From the NCBI GenBank assembly GCA_947477885.1, contig CANJUD010000004.1:36997-100996 (forward strand): a stretch of DNA of 64,000 nt, in the 5' to 3' direction. Numbering within the stretch: the first letter of the stretch is position 1; every line of letters begins with the position of its first letter. Of the stretch, positions 1 through 10,664 are shown piece by piece. The stretch is from Bacteroidota bacterium. Lineage in GTDB: Bacteria; Bacteroidota; Bacteroidia; UKL13-3. The notes below the pieces were generated by a model that was not told the DNA's origin, searched no databases, and was given only the letters and a program-made list of their open reading frames with translations. The position numbers and the translations under genes were made by a program.

Positions 1-60
1 GTAGCCGCAAATGAAATACAAAACTATATAATGATCTTTGAGCCGCCGCCGTCCAGATAG
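1..60 (+). CDS. Possible 3' end of an upstream CDS (partial)
   Basis: Frame 1 is open (VAANEIQNYIMIFEPPPSR) to TAG at 58-60; too short to assign. Confidence 0.3.
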   Translation, partial: VAANEIQNYIMIFEPPPSR

Positions 61-64
61 CGAT

Positions 65-98
65 GCACTAATTACTAACTACTAACCACTGACTACTA
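65..98. repeat. Heptamer tandem repeat (CTAACTA/CTGACTA-like arm)
   Basis: gcactaattactaactactaaccactgactacta; resembles the right arm of the 19947-20026 element. Confidence 0.6.
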
Positions 99-103
99 GA
101 AAA

Positions 104-1090
104 ATGACTAGAATTATATATATATTACTACTCTCATCAACACTCACCTCATGCAGAAACGATATTAGTATCAATGCGGCTTGGAAAGAGACAGCGGTTG
201 TATATGCTTTATTAGATGCAAATGAATCGACACATTATATTAGGGTCGAGAAAACCTTTCTAAATTCAGGCTCGGATGCTTTGCGGGTTGCGGGTGTGAG
301 TGATTCTATATATTTTGATACTTTGCAAGTTTCAATTAGGCTAATGAATGGCAGCAACGCAGTACAAAATATTGATTTTTCTGCAGATTATAATGCACCC
401 AAACAACCAGGAGTATTTGGCACAAGCAATGCCGTATTATATTCGTCGCAGGCAAAACTAAAGCAAAATGGTACTTATAGTTTGTATATAAAAAATCCGC
501 GAACAGGTAAAGAATATACCAGCACGATAAATATGGTACATAATTCATATGTATTAACTAAAACAACCTTGTTCTCAATTTCTCCAGGTCAAACTATTGT
601 ATATTACTTTTACACGGGAATTAATGCATTTGAATATGAAACAGCGCTCACGTTGCATTACTCAGAATATGATTCAGTAACCAATAAATTATTAGGTAAA
701 CATTCTTTTAATTGGATAGCTAGGAATAATATTATAGTAAACGATCCCAAAACGAGTAAAGAAGTAAGATTTGAATTGGATGGAGGTAGTTTTTATAATC
801 AGATTGCTGCCAATATTTCAAAAACTCCTGGTGTGTGGCGAACGATGGATACATGCGATGTTACATTTCACGGAGCAGGTGAAGAATTGTCGAATTATTT
901 AGCTTTAAATAAACCAAGTTTGTCCATCGTGCAAAAGAAAACAGATTATTCCAATATTACCAATGGTTTAGGAATATTTAGCAGTCGCAATACCAATCTT
1001 GAACAACAAAATTTACCTATTTCAGATAGTACAAAGTATTATATATATTCAAATCCAATAACTGCTGGTTTGGGGTTTAGGAAACCGTAA
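104..1090 (+). CDS. DUF4249-like outer-membrane lipoprotein
   Basis: Lipobox LTSC; C-terminal YSNITNGLGIFSS motif typical of the DUF4249 family. Confidence 0.7.
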   Translation: MTRIIYILLLSSTLTSCRNDISINAAWKETAVVYALLDANESTHYIRVEKTFLNSGSDALRVAGVSDSIYFDTLQVSIRLMNGSNAVQNIDFSADYNAPKQPGVFGTSNAVLYSSQAKLKQNGTYSLYIKNPRTGKEYTSTINMVHNSYVLTKTTLFSISPGQTIVYYFYTGINAFEYETALTLHYSEYDSVTNKLLGKHSFNWIARNNIIVNDPKTSKEVRFELDGGSFYNQIAANISKTPGVWRTMDTCDVTFHGAGEELSNYLALNKPSLSIVQKKTDYSNITNGLGIFSSRNTNLEQQNLPISDSTKYYIYSNPITAGLGFRKP

Positions 1091-1317
1091 ACCATTTAAA
1101 ATCTTAGAATTATTATTTTATATTTGTTTGCACAATCAACCTTATTTATTGCTAATTTTTATGATTTAATTTTAATTATTATTAAATCCCTATTAGCATC
1201 ATTTTGTCTGATAAGTTTATTTTTTGCTGCCTAATCTAATCCTCGATTGAAAAGTAATTCTAGCATGGTAATTATTGTCTTTTTTGTATTGGGTTATAAA
1301 TTGTTATACAAAATACA

Positions 1318-1962
1318 CTAAGGAGCCAAAGTTACAACCTCCCACTTATCTCCTCCATCTTTTTTATACGCAACCCTATCATGAAAGCGATTCGGCCTTC
1401 CTTGCCAAAACTCAAAATAGTTTATATTTACGATATAGCCTCCCCATTCTTTTGGTTTCATCACATCGTGGCGGCCACCAATCATTAGTTGTTTGGCTTT
1501 TTCTTGTAGGTCTTTTTTGCTTTCTATCTCTTGGCTTTGGGGCGAGACTGCCGCACTCACTTGGCTTTCAAAAGGTCTAGAGTTAAAGTATTGTATAGAT
1601 TCTTCTTCTGATACTTTTTTTACGGTGCCTTCCATGCGAACTTGTCTTTGCAAATCGAGCCAATTAAATACCAGAGATATATTGGGATTTTCGCTAAGTT
1701 CTTTTCCTTTTCTACTATCATAGTTTGTATAAAACACAAGTCCATCATCATCGAAACCTTTCATTAATACAACACGGGCCGAGGGTTTGCCATCGGCTGT
1801 GCAGGTAGCCAGCACAAAGGCATTTGGCTCATTCACTTCCGATTTTACTGCTTGCTCAAACCATAATTCAAATTGATGAAATGGACTGGGATTAACTTCA
1901 TCTCTGTTTAAAGTCCCCATGGCATAATTAGCCCGCATTTGTTGTAATATATCTTTTTCCAT
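1318..1962 (-). CDS. pdxH: Pyridoxamine 5'-phosphate oxidase
   Basis: PSARVVLMK, FYTNYDSRKG, RQVRMEG, EFWQGRPNRFHDR; start refined to ATG 1962, just after a TATTTTTG box. Confidence 0.95.
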   Translation of the reverse strand: MEKDILQQMRANYAMGTLNRDEVNPSPFHQFELWFEQAVKSEVNEPNAFVLATCTADGKPSARVVLMKGFDDDGLVFYTNYDSRKGKELSENPNISLVFNWLDLQRQVRMEGTVKKVSEEESIQYFNSRPFESQVSAAVSPQSQEIESKKDLQEKAKQLMIGGRHDVMKPKEWGGYIVNINYFEFWQGRPNRFHDRVAYKKDGGDKWEVVTLAP

Positions 1963-2028
1963 TTGGGTGCAAAAATAAAGCCGCATATCCAAGGATACAC
2001 GGCTTATTATTATAATATTGATGGCATA

Positions 2029-4461
2029 TTATTCTTCTTTATTTGCTGGACTCTCCGCAGTTGGCTCTTCCACTTTGGCTTCAGCAGTAGGAGTGGGGGC
2101 AGCAGTTTTTACTTCTTCAGTCTTTCCCGTTTTTACATTACGAAGTGTACGAAGCTGATCCATAAGTCCGCTTATTTTCTTTTGGGCATCTTTAATTTTT
2201 TCTTCTATCTGTTTGGTAAATGCACCTGAGTTTTTACTATTTGCAAAGAAACCCATATTGTTTTGCCAAGTATCAATATCATGTTTCATTAACTTGATTC
2301 TTTCACTCAAACGCTTCTCCTCACTATACAACATATCCTTGCCGTCTGTTTGCTTGGCAATAACCTCATAATGGTTGCGGTGACGTGTTACATTGTTGCT
2401 TTGGAAATCTTTGCGTATGCGCTGGTATATGGCATCCAATACCGCTTTGAAACGTTTTTGCACATCATCTTTTAGTTTGATAGGAACAAAACCATAATTG
2501 CCCCACTCGTCTTGAAGTGTTTTAGCACGTTCAATCAAATTTTCATTGCTTTCTTCTTTGGCAAGTTCTTCAAGCTGCGTTATAATTTGATTCTTCGCTT
2601 CTAAATTCTTAGTTTCATCCTGAATTTTCGATGCGAAAAATTCTTTCTTCCTTTCAAAAAATACATCACAAGCAGTACGGAAACGAACCCATACTTTCTC
2701 GCTATGTTTCTCGTGCACAGGACCCGTTTTCTTCCACTCATCTTGAAAAGCTAATAGACTTTTTGTAGCATTGCCCCAGTCTTCGCTGTTTTGCAATTCT
2801 AATGCTTTGGCACATAACTCATTTTTAATTCTGAGGTTTTCTGTACGGGCTTTTTCTATATTTTTAAAGAAGGTATTTTTGTTATCATAAAACTTATTGA
2901 TGGCTGCTTTAAAACGGTCCCAAATCTCATCACTCAGTTTATTAGATACAGGGCCAACAGCTTTCCACTCTTCAAATAATTTATTGGCATCATCTATTTT
3001 AGCTACCCATTCTTTCACAGTATTTGCTTCAAACAAACCAAGCTCGTCGGCTTTTTCGCAAAGAGCTATTTTCGCATCTAGGTTTATCTGACGCTCGCCT
3101 TCAAATTCTTTATATTTATTGGTGATGATTTCATATACTTTATCAGCCGCTTCTTTAAATCGCTCCCACATCATGTCTTTGGCTTCCATTGGCACAGGAC
3201 CGGTATTTTTCCAATCCTCCCAATACTTCTTTTGCATGATAATTGTTTTACGCAAAGAAGGTTCTTCAAGCAAAGCATCCATCTTCAAGCAAAGTTCTAT
3301 TTTTACTTCAAGGTTTTTTCTGCGGTCAAGTTCTTTTAATTCATTATTTATACCTAAATTATCATAAAACTTATCGAGGAAATAAGTATATTTATTCCAA
3401 AGCTCTTCTCTAGCTTCGTTAGGAATAGCTCTAATAGCTTTCCATTGATTTTGTAAATCTTTTATTTGTTGTAAGCTGCCACTAGAGTCTTCTTGCTCAG
3501 CAATCTCTTTTATTTGATTTAAGATAGCACGCTTCGCTTCCAGGTTCTTAAGCTTCTCTTGCTCAAGTTGCTTGCGATAAGCTTCTCTGCGGTTCGCAAA
3601 TTCTTTGTAGGCACTATTATAATCTTCTTTGGTAGTATCGCTATACTCAAAATCTTCACGAACACCACCATTCTCAATAAACACTTGCAGTGCAGCTTGA
3701 AAATCTGCATTCCAAAGTACTTCAATAATAGGACGTAGTTTTCTGAAAGTTTGTGAAGCCTCATTCAGTTCTGGCATTTTAGCTGCCTCCCAAGCCATAG
3801 CTACTAGTTCTTCTTTGCTATGCTTTTTTAAACTTGCCACCTCAGCTTCCGAAACATATTCAGTAACTTGGTCATCACTATGCTCTTCCTCGTGTGTTTC
3901 AAATAAGGGTATATCAGTAGTTGCAGTTTCTGCTTTTGCCTCGGTTGGCTCAGCTACAGGAATTTCCTCAGCTACTACCTCAGCAATTTTTTCAACCTCC
4001 GTCTCAGCCACAGGTGCTTCTATAATAGTGGTTTCTTCAACCACTGCTTCAGCTACAGGAGTTTCTACAACAGGATTCTCCTCAACTATTACTTCAGCTG
4101 CAGGATTCTCAATTTCGGGAATCTTCTCTACCTCCGTTTCAGCAATGAGTGCTTCTGTTATTTCTTCAGCAACTACCTCTTCCAAAGGAATATATTCTAT
4201 CGTATCTTCAGCTACTGTTTCATATGCAGGTGCCTCTTCAACAATTTCGTTTGTAGTAGATAATTCAGGATTTCCCAACTCAGCTTCTGCAACTTCTTCC
4301 GTTAAGGCTTGCGTGTCAACGGATTCGCTGTTTTCAATAGTTTCTGGTGTTTCGCTGTTGGTTTCTTTAGGTAGATTTTCTTGCTCGTTCATTACGTTTT
4401 TGGTTCTTGGTTCAACTGATAAGGTACCTTTTTCAGTAGGAAGGGTTGCATCTTCTTGCAT
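2029..4461 (-). CDS. DUF349 domain protein with acidic low-complexity N-terminus
   Basis: Repeated 'WKxxGPV...W.RF..A.D.F...' helical units and 'NL..K..L' motifs. Confidence 0.9.
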   Translation of the reverse strand: MQEDATLPTEKGTLSVEPRTKNVMNEQENLPKETNSETPETIENSESVDTQALTEEVAEAELGNPELSTTNEIVEEAPAYETVAEDTIEYIPLEEVVAEEITEALIAETEVEKIPEIENPAAEVIVEENPVVETPVAEAVVEETTIIEAPVAETEVEKIAEVVAEEIPVAEPTEAKAETATTDIPLFETHEEEHSDDQVTEYVSEAEVASLKKHSKEELVAMAWEAAKMPELNEASQTFRKLRPIIEVLWNADFQAALQVFIENGGVREDFEYSDTTKEDYNSAYKEFANRREAYRKQLEQEKLKNLEAKRAILNQIKEIAEQEDSSGSLQQIKDLQNQWKAIRAIPNEAREELWNKYTYFLDKFYDNLGINNELKELDRRKNLEVKIELCLKMDALLEEPSLRKTIIMQKKYWEDWKNTGPVPMEAKDMMWERFKEAADKVYEIITNKYKEFEGERQINLDAKIALCEKADELGLFEANTVKEWVAKIDDANKLFEEWKAVGPVSNKLSDEIWDRFKAAINKFYDNKNTFFKNIEKARTENLRIKNELCAKALELQNSEDWGNATKSLLAFQDEWKKTGPVHEKHSEKVWVRFRTACDVFFERKKEFFASKIQDETKNLEAKNQIITQLEELAKEESNENLIERAKTLQDEWGNYGFVPIKLKDDVQKRFKAVLDAIYQRIRKDFQSNNVTRHRNHYEVIAKQTDGKDMLYSEEKRLSERIKLMKHDIDTWQNNMGFFANSKNSGAFTKQIEEKIKDAQKKISGLMDQLRTLRNVKTGKTEEVKTAAPTPTAEAKVEEPTAESPANKEE

Positions 4462-4558
4462 TTTTTTGAATCTTTGTTTTTAAGGTTTTGATAATCTTTC
4501 GATTAGAAATTAGATAACATGCTTTATTTTTTATGGAGGGCCTCAATTGAATTGGGTT

Positions 4559-4566
4559 TAACTTTG
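4559..4566 (+). promoter_or_regulatory. Bacteroidota -7 promoter box TAACTTTG
   Basis: Matches TAnnTTTG, 14 nt upstream of the ATG at 4581. Confidence 0.6.
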
Positions 4567-4580
4567 CACTCAATAAAAAA

Positions 4581-5435
4581 ATGGATGCGAAAATAGTTGA
4601 ATGTCCGCGAGATGCCATGCAAGGGCTGAAAGAATTTATTCCAACTGATGTAAAAATCAGGTATTTAAATTCTTTGCTCACTTGTGGCTTCGATACTTTA
4701 GACTTTGGAAGTTTTGTGTCTCCGAAGGCAATTCCTCAATTGGCAGATACTGCCGAAGTGCTTAGCGGACTGCAGATGACCGATACAAAATTGCTGGCTA
4801 TTATAGCAAATTTGCGTGGTGCAGAAACGGCAGTATTGTATGATGAAATAACTTATTTAGGTTTTCCTTTTTCCATCTCCGAAACTTTTCAGCAACGCAA
4901 TACCAATGCCTCGCAGGCCGATGCTTTCGAAATGGTGAAATCAATTCAAGAACTTTGTATTAAACATGATAAGATATTGGTTGTATATCTTTCTATGGGT
5001 TTTGGAAATCCTTATGGCGATGTATGGAATGTAGATATAGTAGCTGATTGGGCCAACAAAATGCAAGCCCTCGGCATTAAAATTATATCATTGGCAGATA
5101 CCGTGGGAGCAGCCCAGCACGTAAATATATCATACTTGTTTAAGAACTTAATTCCATTATATCCTGAGGTAGAATTTGGAGCACATTTTCATACCACACT
5201 CACCAACTGGCAAGATAAAGTAGATGCGGCCTGGCAAAGTGGTTGCCGCAGATTTGATGGTGCTCTTAAAGGTTACGGTGGTTGCCCTATGGCCAAGGAT
5301 GAATTGACTGGAAATCTGGCCACAGAGAACTTATTATATTATATACAAAATACGAAAATAGAAACGAATATTAATATTAATAAATTTAATGAAAGTATGA
5401 TAATGGCAGATCAGATTTTTAATCGATATCATTAA
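4581..5435 (+). CDS. hmgL: Hydroxymethylglutaryl-CoA lyase
   Basis: ECPRDAMQG, SFVSPKAIPQ, LADTVG, HFH, GYGGCPMA, GNLATE. Confidence 0.9.
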   Translation: MDAKIVECPRDAMQGLKEFIPTDVKIRYLNSLLTCGFDTLDFGSFVSPKAIPQLADTAEVLSGLQMTDTKLLAIIANLRGAETAVLYDEITYLGFPFSISETFQQRNTNASQADAFEMVKSIQELCIKHDKILVVYLSMGFGNPYGDVWNVDIVADWANKMQALGIKIISLADTVGAAQHVNISYLFKNLIPLYPEVEFGAHFHTTLTNWQDKVDAAWQSGCRRFDGALKGYGGCPMAKDELTGNLATENLLYYIQNTKIETNININKFNESMIMADQIFNRYH

Positions 5436-5453
5436 TTATATATAATAGTTTTA

Positions 5454-6317
5454 ATGAAACAAATCGGTTACTTCCTTTTTAGAGCAACAGCACGTGTGGT
5501 GGGCTTAATGCCTTTGTGGGTATGGAGGATCTTGATGTTTGTATTATATATTTTTATCTATTATCTATTTGGATACAGAAGAAAAGTAACACGAGATAAT
5601 CTAGAAAAATCTTTTCCCGATTTTAGCAAAGAAAAAATTAATGCCATCGAGAAAAAATATTATAAACATTTGGCACGATTGGTAATAGAAGTATTTGCCA
5701 GCAAACACTTAAGCAGAAAGTTTTTCGAAAAACAAATTCCTGTTCACCATGCAAATTTAATCACCGACTATACCAGCCAAGGCCGCAAAGTAATTATGAT
5801 GAGCGGACATTTTGGTAATTGGGAATGGGCGGGAATAAGATTGGGATTATTAGATGATTCACCCCTGCATATTATATATAAACCTGTTACGGATCCCTTC
5901 TTCGAAAAGTATATGAAACAACTGCGTATGAACTTGGGAAACGAAACGCTGAGTTTATATATGATGCCACGTCACCTGCTCACACTCAAAGGCTCCTGCA
6001 TTACCTGCATTCTCGCCGACCAAACACCTGCCAGCACTGAGAATCTTTGGTTAAGTTTTCTTGGAAGAGATACTTTATTTTTTAGTGCTATTGAAAAACT
6101 GGCACGCCGAATAGACGCGGTAATAGTTTTTGGAAATATGTTGCCTGGAGAAGATGGACGCTATAATATATCAGTTGAATTAATTGCTGATAATATGTCC
6201 CAAATTCCCGAAGGACAATTAATGCCGATGTATGTGAAATTACTAGAAAGAAATATATACGAGAACCCCTATAACTGGCTGTGGAGCCATAGAAGATGGA
6301 AACACCAGAAACATTGA
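5454..6317 (+). CDS. Lipid A biosynthesis lauroyl/acyltransferase (LpxL/HtrB family)
   Basis: GHFGNWE, ADQ, YNWLWSHRRWK motifs. Confidence 0.9.
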   Translation: MKQIGYFLFRATARVVGLMPLWVWRILMFVLYIFIYYLFGYRRKVTRDNLEKSFPDFSKEKINAIEKKYYKHLARLVIEVFASKHLSRKFFEKQIPVHHANLITDYTSQGRKVIMMSGHFGNWEWAGIRLGLLDDSPLHIIYKPVTDPFFEKYMKQLRMNLGNETLSLYMMPRHLLTLKGSCITCILADQTPASTENLWLSFLGRDTLFFSAIEKLARRIDAVIVFGNMLPGEDGRYNISVELIADNMSQIPEGQLMPMYVKLLERNIYENPYNWLWSHRRWKHQKH

Positions 6318-6869
6318 ATGATTGAATGAAGTATGATTTAATAATTTGTTGAATATAGTAATTAAATTTATATGATATGAAAAAAGTTAAACTAGTGATT
6401 TTGTTTTTCAGTTTGTTATATATTGGCAGGGCAAATGCATAGGAAAATATCAAAATACTTCCATTTCAAGATTTACTAACTTTGCTTATGTTGAAATTTT
6501 GAAAGTGAATATTTTTACAGTGAAAATTTGTAATTATCTATTAGATTCAACCCAAGACGGATTCAATGTGTACTGGAATCTGGGAGTTTTGTACTTAAAT
6601 TCTAATTATGGCTTTAGAGAAAATATTACAAACACTAAATATATAATAATAAAAGACAATTTTTTGCCAAATGTTGGATATGAAGGGCTATTGGTATTAG
6701 GATAAAATCGCCTTATTCTTTTGGGATTTTTATTGAAGCCGGCTTTAATAAATTAGGCGATAAAATGAGAACAGTAATTGAAGGCGGTTTATCCTTTTAT
6801 CTATACTGATAGCAATTAAAAAATAGCTAAAAATAAATATATATATTAAGCTTGGAAAGAAAATCTATA

Positions 6870-7403
6870 TTAGTTCTCTACTATAGGAGTTGTATCCTCA
6901 ACCGAAGTTGTTACATTCGCATCCGTACTTTCTTCTTCCACAACTTCCTCCTCCTCAACAGGTGCTTCTTCCACCAAAGGATTTTCCATTGTTGACGGAA
7001 TTTCATCAAGCGAAGGAACTTCGGGCACTTCAGGATTTTCTGCAGCCGCAGCAGCATTTGCCTGCATAACTGTATTGGCAGAAATAGACATAACAAATTT
7101 ATTACTCAATACAAATTTAAAATTGCCAACTTTTAGCAAATCTTTGGCTGTATCGTTTTCATTTAAAGCACGTGCAAAGTCAAGTGCGATTGCAGAAGTT
7201 TTTTTGCTTTTTTGAGAACGGCCCTCGTTCATTTCCAAATCGAACGGGAACTTGCTGTTCTTTTTATCACTAGCTCTTTCAAAATCTATTTTATCCATTT
7301 CTATGGTTTGCACTTCACCACTTCTAATAGCTGACTTTACTTTCAGCGTAATTAGTGGTAAAAATTTATTCCATACAGATTGATATATATTGATATTGCT
7401 CAT
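6870..7403 (-). CDS. Hypothetical protein with acidic C-terminal tail
   Basis: Long ORF; globular N-terminus (Y.S.WNKFLP.I) followed by an E/P-rich tail; start refined to ATG 7403. Confidence 0.7.
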   Translation of the reverse strand: MSNINIYQSVWNKFLPLITLKVKSAIRSGEVQTIEMDKIDFERASDKKNSKFPFDLEMNEGRSQKSKKTSAIALDFARALNENDTAKDLLKVGNFKFVLSNKFVMSISANTVMQANAAAAAENPEVPEVPSLDEIPSTMENPLVEEAPVEEEEVVEEESTDANVTTSVEDTTPIVEN

Positions 7404-7549
7404 AAATTGTGATTTGGTTGCCTGATAATTTGAATGAAACTTGAAGTTTTCTTGGTGCAAAAGTAGTTGATTTTATGCTTATTTCCTTCAATAATAAATA
7501 AGTTGCCTATTTTCAAGTGTTTTACTTTGCGGTTTGATAGAAATAACTA

Positions 7550-8134
7550 TCATATATTGCGAATATAATCCTTACAAAAATCCTGTAATTCCGGGAAGAA
7601 TGCTTCGTAATCTTTTTTATAATATATATATTCTCGTTCCAAATCGCTTGCTGCAACAGCCATATTAGAAGCATATTTGGTGCGGCGTGACATGGCCTTC
7701 AATATAAAATCCATTCCCTCAAGGGTTCGGTAAGCAAGCAGCCAATTATCTTTTTGCATATATACCAACATATTCTGCGTGCGTTGCGGCAGTAAGCTTT
7801 CATTGGCTTTTAAAAGTTTGAAAACATTATCTGAAAAAATTTCAAGAGGGGTGGGGCAGAACAGCTCAAATTTACTGGCTAAGAAATGATCCATAAATAC
7901 ATCGGCCACAACCGGACTATATTTCCCTTGTGTGGGGCGAAGGCGTTCTTTGGTTTTCAATACCACTGGATGATTGTCAGTAAACGCATCAATGGCTCGG
8001 TGCATATGTATGCCTTTCAAAATATGTTTATCTATATGGTCTATTTGGCTCCCTTTTAGATGGTCGGCGATAAAATTACCGATGATCAAATGGTCTTCAT
8101 TTCCACTTAGATAGATATGGGCTAAAAAATTCAT
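7550..8134 (-). CDS. acpH: Acyl carrier protein phosphodiesterase
   Basis: MNFLAHIYLS, GNFIAD, HRAIDAFTD, DVFMDHFLA. Confidence 0.9.
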   Translation of the reverse strand: MNFLAHIYLSGNEDHLIIGNFIADHLKGSQIDHIDKHILKGIHMHRAIDAFTDNHPVVLKTKERLRPTQGKYSPVVADVFMDHFLASKFELFCPTPLEIFSDNVFKLLKANESLLPQRTQNMLVYMQKDNWLLAYRTLEGMDFILKAMSRRTKYASNMAVAASDLEREYIYYKKDYEAFFPELQDFCKDYIRNI

Positions 8135-8207
8135 ATAAATATTGTTCAATATTAAAGAACATTTATTTGGTAATTCTGTTTTAAGTTGCAAGCCGAAAAA
8201 TCAACCA

Positions 8208-8987
8208 ATGAATTTTACCGATACCGATTCTCATAAGCGGAATACGCTTTTCCTCATCCTGGGTTCATTCTTTATTACCAATGCTTTGGTGGCCGAATTT
8301 ATTGGGGCCAAAATATTTTCATTGGAAGGAACTTTAGGAATTAATCCTTTTGATATTAGTTTGCTAGGCAATGAACACATGTCTTTCAACCTTACGGCGG
8401 GCGTTCTGCTGTGGCCTGTTGTTTTTGTTATGACAGATATCATTAACGAGTATTTTGGAAGCAGGGCCGTACGATTTTATAGTTATCTGGCAATTGCAAT
8501 GATATTATATAGTTTTATTATGGTGTTTGGAGCTATGAAACTTGAACCTGCAGGCTTTTGGATAATGAAGGAAACCAAAGCAGGGCCTATTAATATGGAT
8601 GTGGCTTACAATATTGTTTACGGTCAAGGCTTATGGATTATTGCAGGCAGTATGGTGGCATTTCTTATTGGGCAGTTATTGGATGTGGCTATCTTTCATC
8701 GAATAAAGCGTGCTACTGGCGAAAAACATATATGGTTGCGAAGCACAGGCTCTACCTTAGTTTCGCAGTTGGTTGATAGCTTTGTGGTATTATATATTGC
8801 TTTCTATATCGGGAACGATTGGCCTTTAGAAAGAGTACTTGCTATTGCATTAATGAATTATATATATAAATTTGTAATTGCTTTAATTATGACTCCTGTT
8901 ATATATTTGGTGCATGGAATTATTGATAGATGGCTCGGGAAAGATTTATCACACAAAATGATGCAAGCGGCACATAGTAAACAGTAA
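8208..8987 (+). CDS. Queuosine precursor transporter (YhhQ/VUT family)
   Basis: TDIINEYFG, GSMVAFLIGQLLDV, LRSTGSTLVSQLVDS; multiple transmembrane segments. Confidence 0.9.
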   Translation: MNFTDTDSHKRNTLFLILGSFFITNALVAEFIGAKIFSLEGTLGINPFDISLLGNEHMSFNLTAGVLLWPVVFVMTDIINEYFGSRAVRFYSYLAIAMILYSFIMVFGAMKLEPAGFWIMKETKAGPINMDVAYNIVYGQGLWIIAGSMVAFLIGQLLDVAIFHRIKRATGEKHIWLRSTGSTLVSQLVDSFVVLYIAFYIGNDWPLERVLAIALMNYIYKFVIALIMTPVIYLVHGIIDRWLGKDLSHKMMQAAHSKQ

Positions 8988-9044
8988 TAAGGAGTAAGGA
9001 GTAAGTTTTGCCGAATGGTCCATACTCCTTACTCCTTAATCCTT
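8988..9044. repeat. Hairpin with TAAGGAG heptamer arms around a GCCGAATGG core
   Basis: taaggag taaggag taag...gccgaatgg...catactc cttactc cttaatc. Confidence 0.7.
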
Positions 9045-9065
9045 CCCCAAATAACAACAACACAC

Positions 9066-9911
9066 ATGAACAAAATATTCACACCAATTATAATAAGTTT
9101 TCTTTTGTTTTCATGCAATGATTGCAAGAATGCTGCAGAGAATAATGATTTAACAAAATCCAAAATATTGGATAAAGTTAAGACATTGGCAGTAACAAAA
9201 TATTCATATATAATAGATTCTGGAAAATATGTGAAGGGTGGTATGATATCAAAACTCAAATCACATTATGATGAAAAAGGGATGGAGGTAGATGTTAATG
9301 TATATAATAAGGATGAATATTTAACCAATAAATTCCAAACAAGCAATAATGATAAAGGGCAAAAATTAGAAAGTAAGGACTTTAAGCCAGATGGTAGTTT
9401 GGGAAGAAAAATTGCTTATAAATATGATAACAGTGGAAATATGACTGAAATTAATTTATATACCGCCAGCGATAGTTTAGTTTATAAAGGGGAAAAAAAA
9501 TATGATAATCAGTGCAACGAGATTGAGTATAATGAATACGAATCAACAGGTAAATTAACCAAAAGAGCTACTTATAAATATGATGAAAAAAGGAATGGGA
9601 TAGAGGTAAACTATTATAGTCCCGATGGTAGTATAATAAATAAATATACAAGAAAATACGATTCGAAAAATAACATGATTGAGCTATTGATGTATAATAA
9701 TTCAAATACATTATTAAGCAAATCATTATATAAATACGATGACAAAGGAAATAACGTTGAGGCTAAAAGATATCATGCAGATGGCAGTTTAAGCAATCAG
9801 TCTTTTTTCAAATATGAATATGACAAGAATAGTAATTGGATAAAAATGATAGAATACAATACAGAAAATATTCCCGTCAGGCTTGAAGAACGAATGATTG
9901 AGTATTATTAG
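9066..9911 (+). CDS. YD/RHS-like repeat lipoprotein
   Basis: Lipobox LFSC; ~24-aa repeats YKYDxxGNxxExxxYxxDGSL; C-terminal ERMIEYY. Confidence 0.75.
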   Translation: MNKIFTPIIISFLLFSCNDCKNAAENNDLTKSKILDKVKTLAVTKYSYIIDSGKYVKGGMISKLKSHYDEKGMEVDVNVYNKDEYLTNKFQTSNNDKGQKLESKDFKPDGSLGRKIAYKYDNSGNMTEINLYTASDSLVYKGEKKYDNQCNEIEYNEYESTGKLTKRATYKYDEKRNGIEVNYYSPDGSIINKYTRKYDSKNNMIELLMYNNSNTLLSKSLYKYDDKGNNVEAKRYHADGSLSNQSFFKYEYDKNSNWIKMIEYNTENIPVRLEERMIEYY

Positions 9912-10117
9912 TTTGAAACAATAAAAGTTAGCTCCAAATAAAACAAGCATCTTTTCTCTTTATTTTTTGTCCTTCATCTATTTCCTGTGTTTGTTTGCAT
10001 TTGCTTAATCAAAAAAAATATGAAGAAACTATCTATTGTCATTCACCTCTTGTTTAAATAATGAAAGAATTTAAAGTGGTAAACAAGAAGAAGAAATAAA
10101 TTATAATAGCGGTCTAA

Positions 10118-10609
10118 TTAATAAGTGAGTTCTTTTAGTTTAGCCAAGTATAATAAATATAGGTTGGCACAAGCCATTGCGTCACTTAATGCATCGTGGT
10201 GGTTTAAAGATATTTCATATTGCCTGCATAAGGTGGCTAAATTTTTTCCATATATTTTATAGGTACATGCTTTTTCAAAGTCGGGCTTAACTATATTATA
10301 ATAATCCAGAGTTTCGTGAAGACAACCAATATCAAAAGCGGTATTATGTGCTACCACTTTTTGATTATGTATATAATGTTTGATGTCGTTCCAAACAGCA
10401 CTAAATAGAGGAGCATTCATCGTATCTCTCGCACTAATACCATGTATTTCGGTGTTTCTGTAAAAATAAAAATTATCTGGTGGGCGAACTAATCTATTGA
10501 TTTTATCTACCACTTCACCATTTACAACCCTCACCAATCCAACCTGACAAATGCTCCAGCGTTTGCCGTGTGCAGTTTCAAAATCTATGGCGGTAAAGGT
10601 GTGTGGCAT
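10118..10609 (-). CDS. DEDDh 3'-5' exonuclease (DNA Pol III epsilon-like)
   Basis: AIDFETA, VAHNTAFD, HHDALSDA. Confidence 0.9.
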   Translation of the reverse strand: MPHTFTAIDFETAHGKRWSICQVGLVRVVNGEVVDKINRLVRPPDNFYFYRNTEIHGISARDTMNAPLFSAVWNDIKHYIHNQKVVAHNTAFDIGCLHETLDYYNIVKPDFEKACTYKIYGKNLATLCRQYEISLNHHDALSDAMACANLYLLYLAKLKELTY

Positions 10610-10613
10610 GTAT

Positions 10614-10655
10614 AAAAAAAGTCCTTAGTTTATAATACAAAACTAAGGACTTTTT
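10614..10655 (-). terminator. Intrinsic terminator (potentially bidirectional) of the metalloprotease gene
   Basis: aaaaagtccttagttt...aaactaaggacttttt perfect stem with A/T tracts on both sides. Confidence 0.7.
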
Positions 10656-10664
10656 ATTATACAA

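Noticed and set aside
3815..4483. 222-aa Ser/Thr-rich plus-strand ORF
   Set aside because: Antisense shadow of the Glu-rich DUF349 N-terminus
6499..6705. 68-aa ORF in an AT-rich intergenic region
   Set aside because: TTG start and no recognisable motif; cannot be supported
8135..8207. preQ1 riboswitch upstream of the queuosine precursor transporter
   Set aside because: No recognisable preQ1 stem-loop or consensus in the short divergent intergenic region
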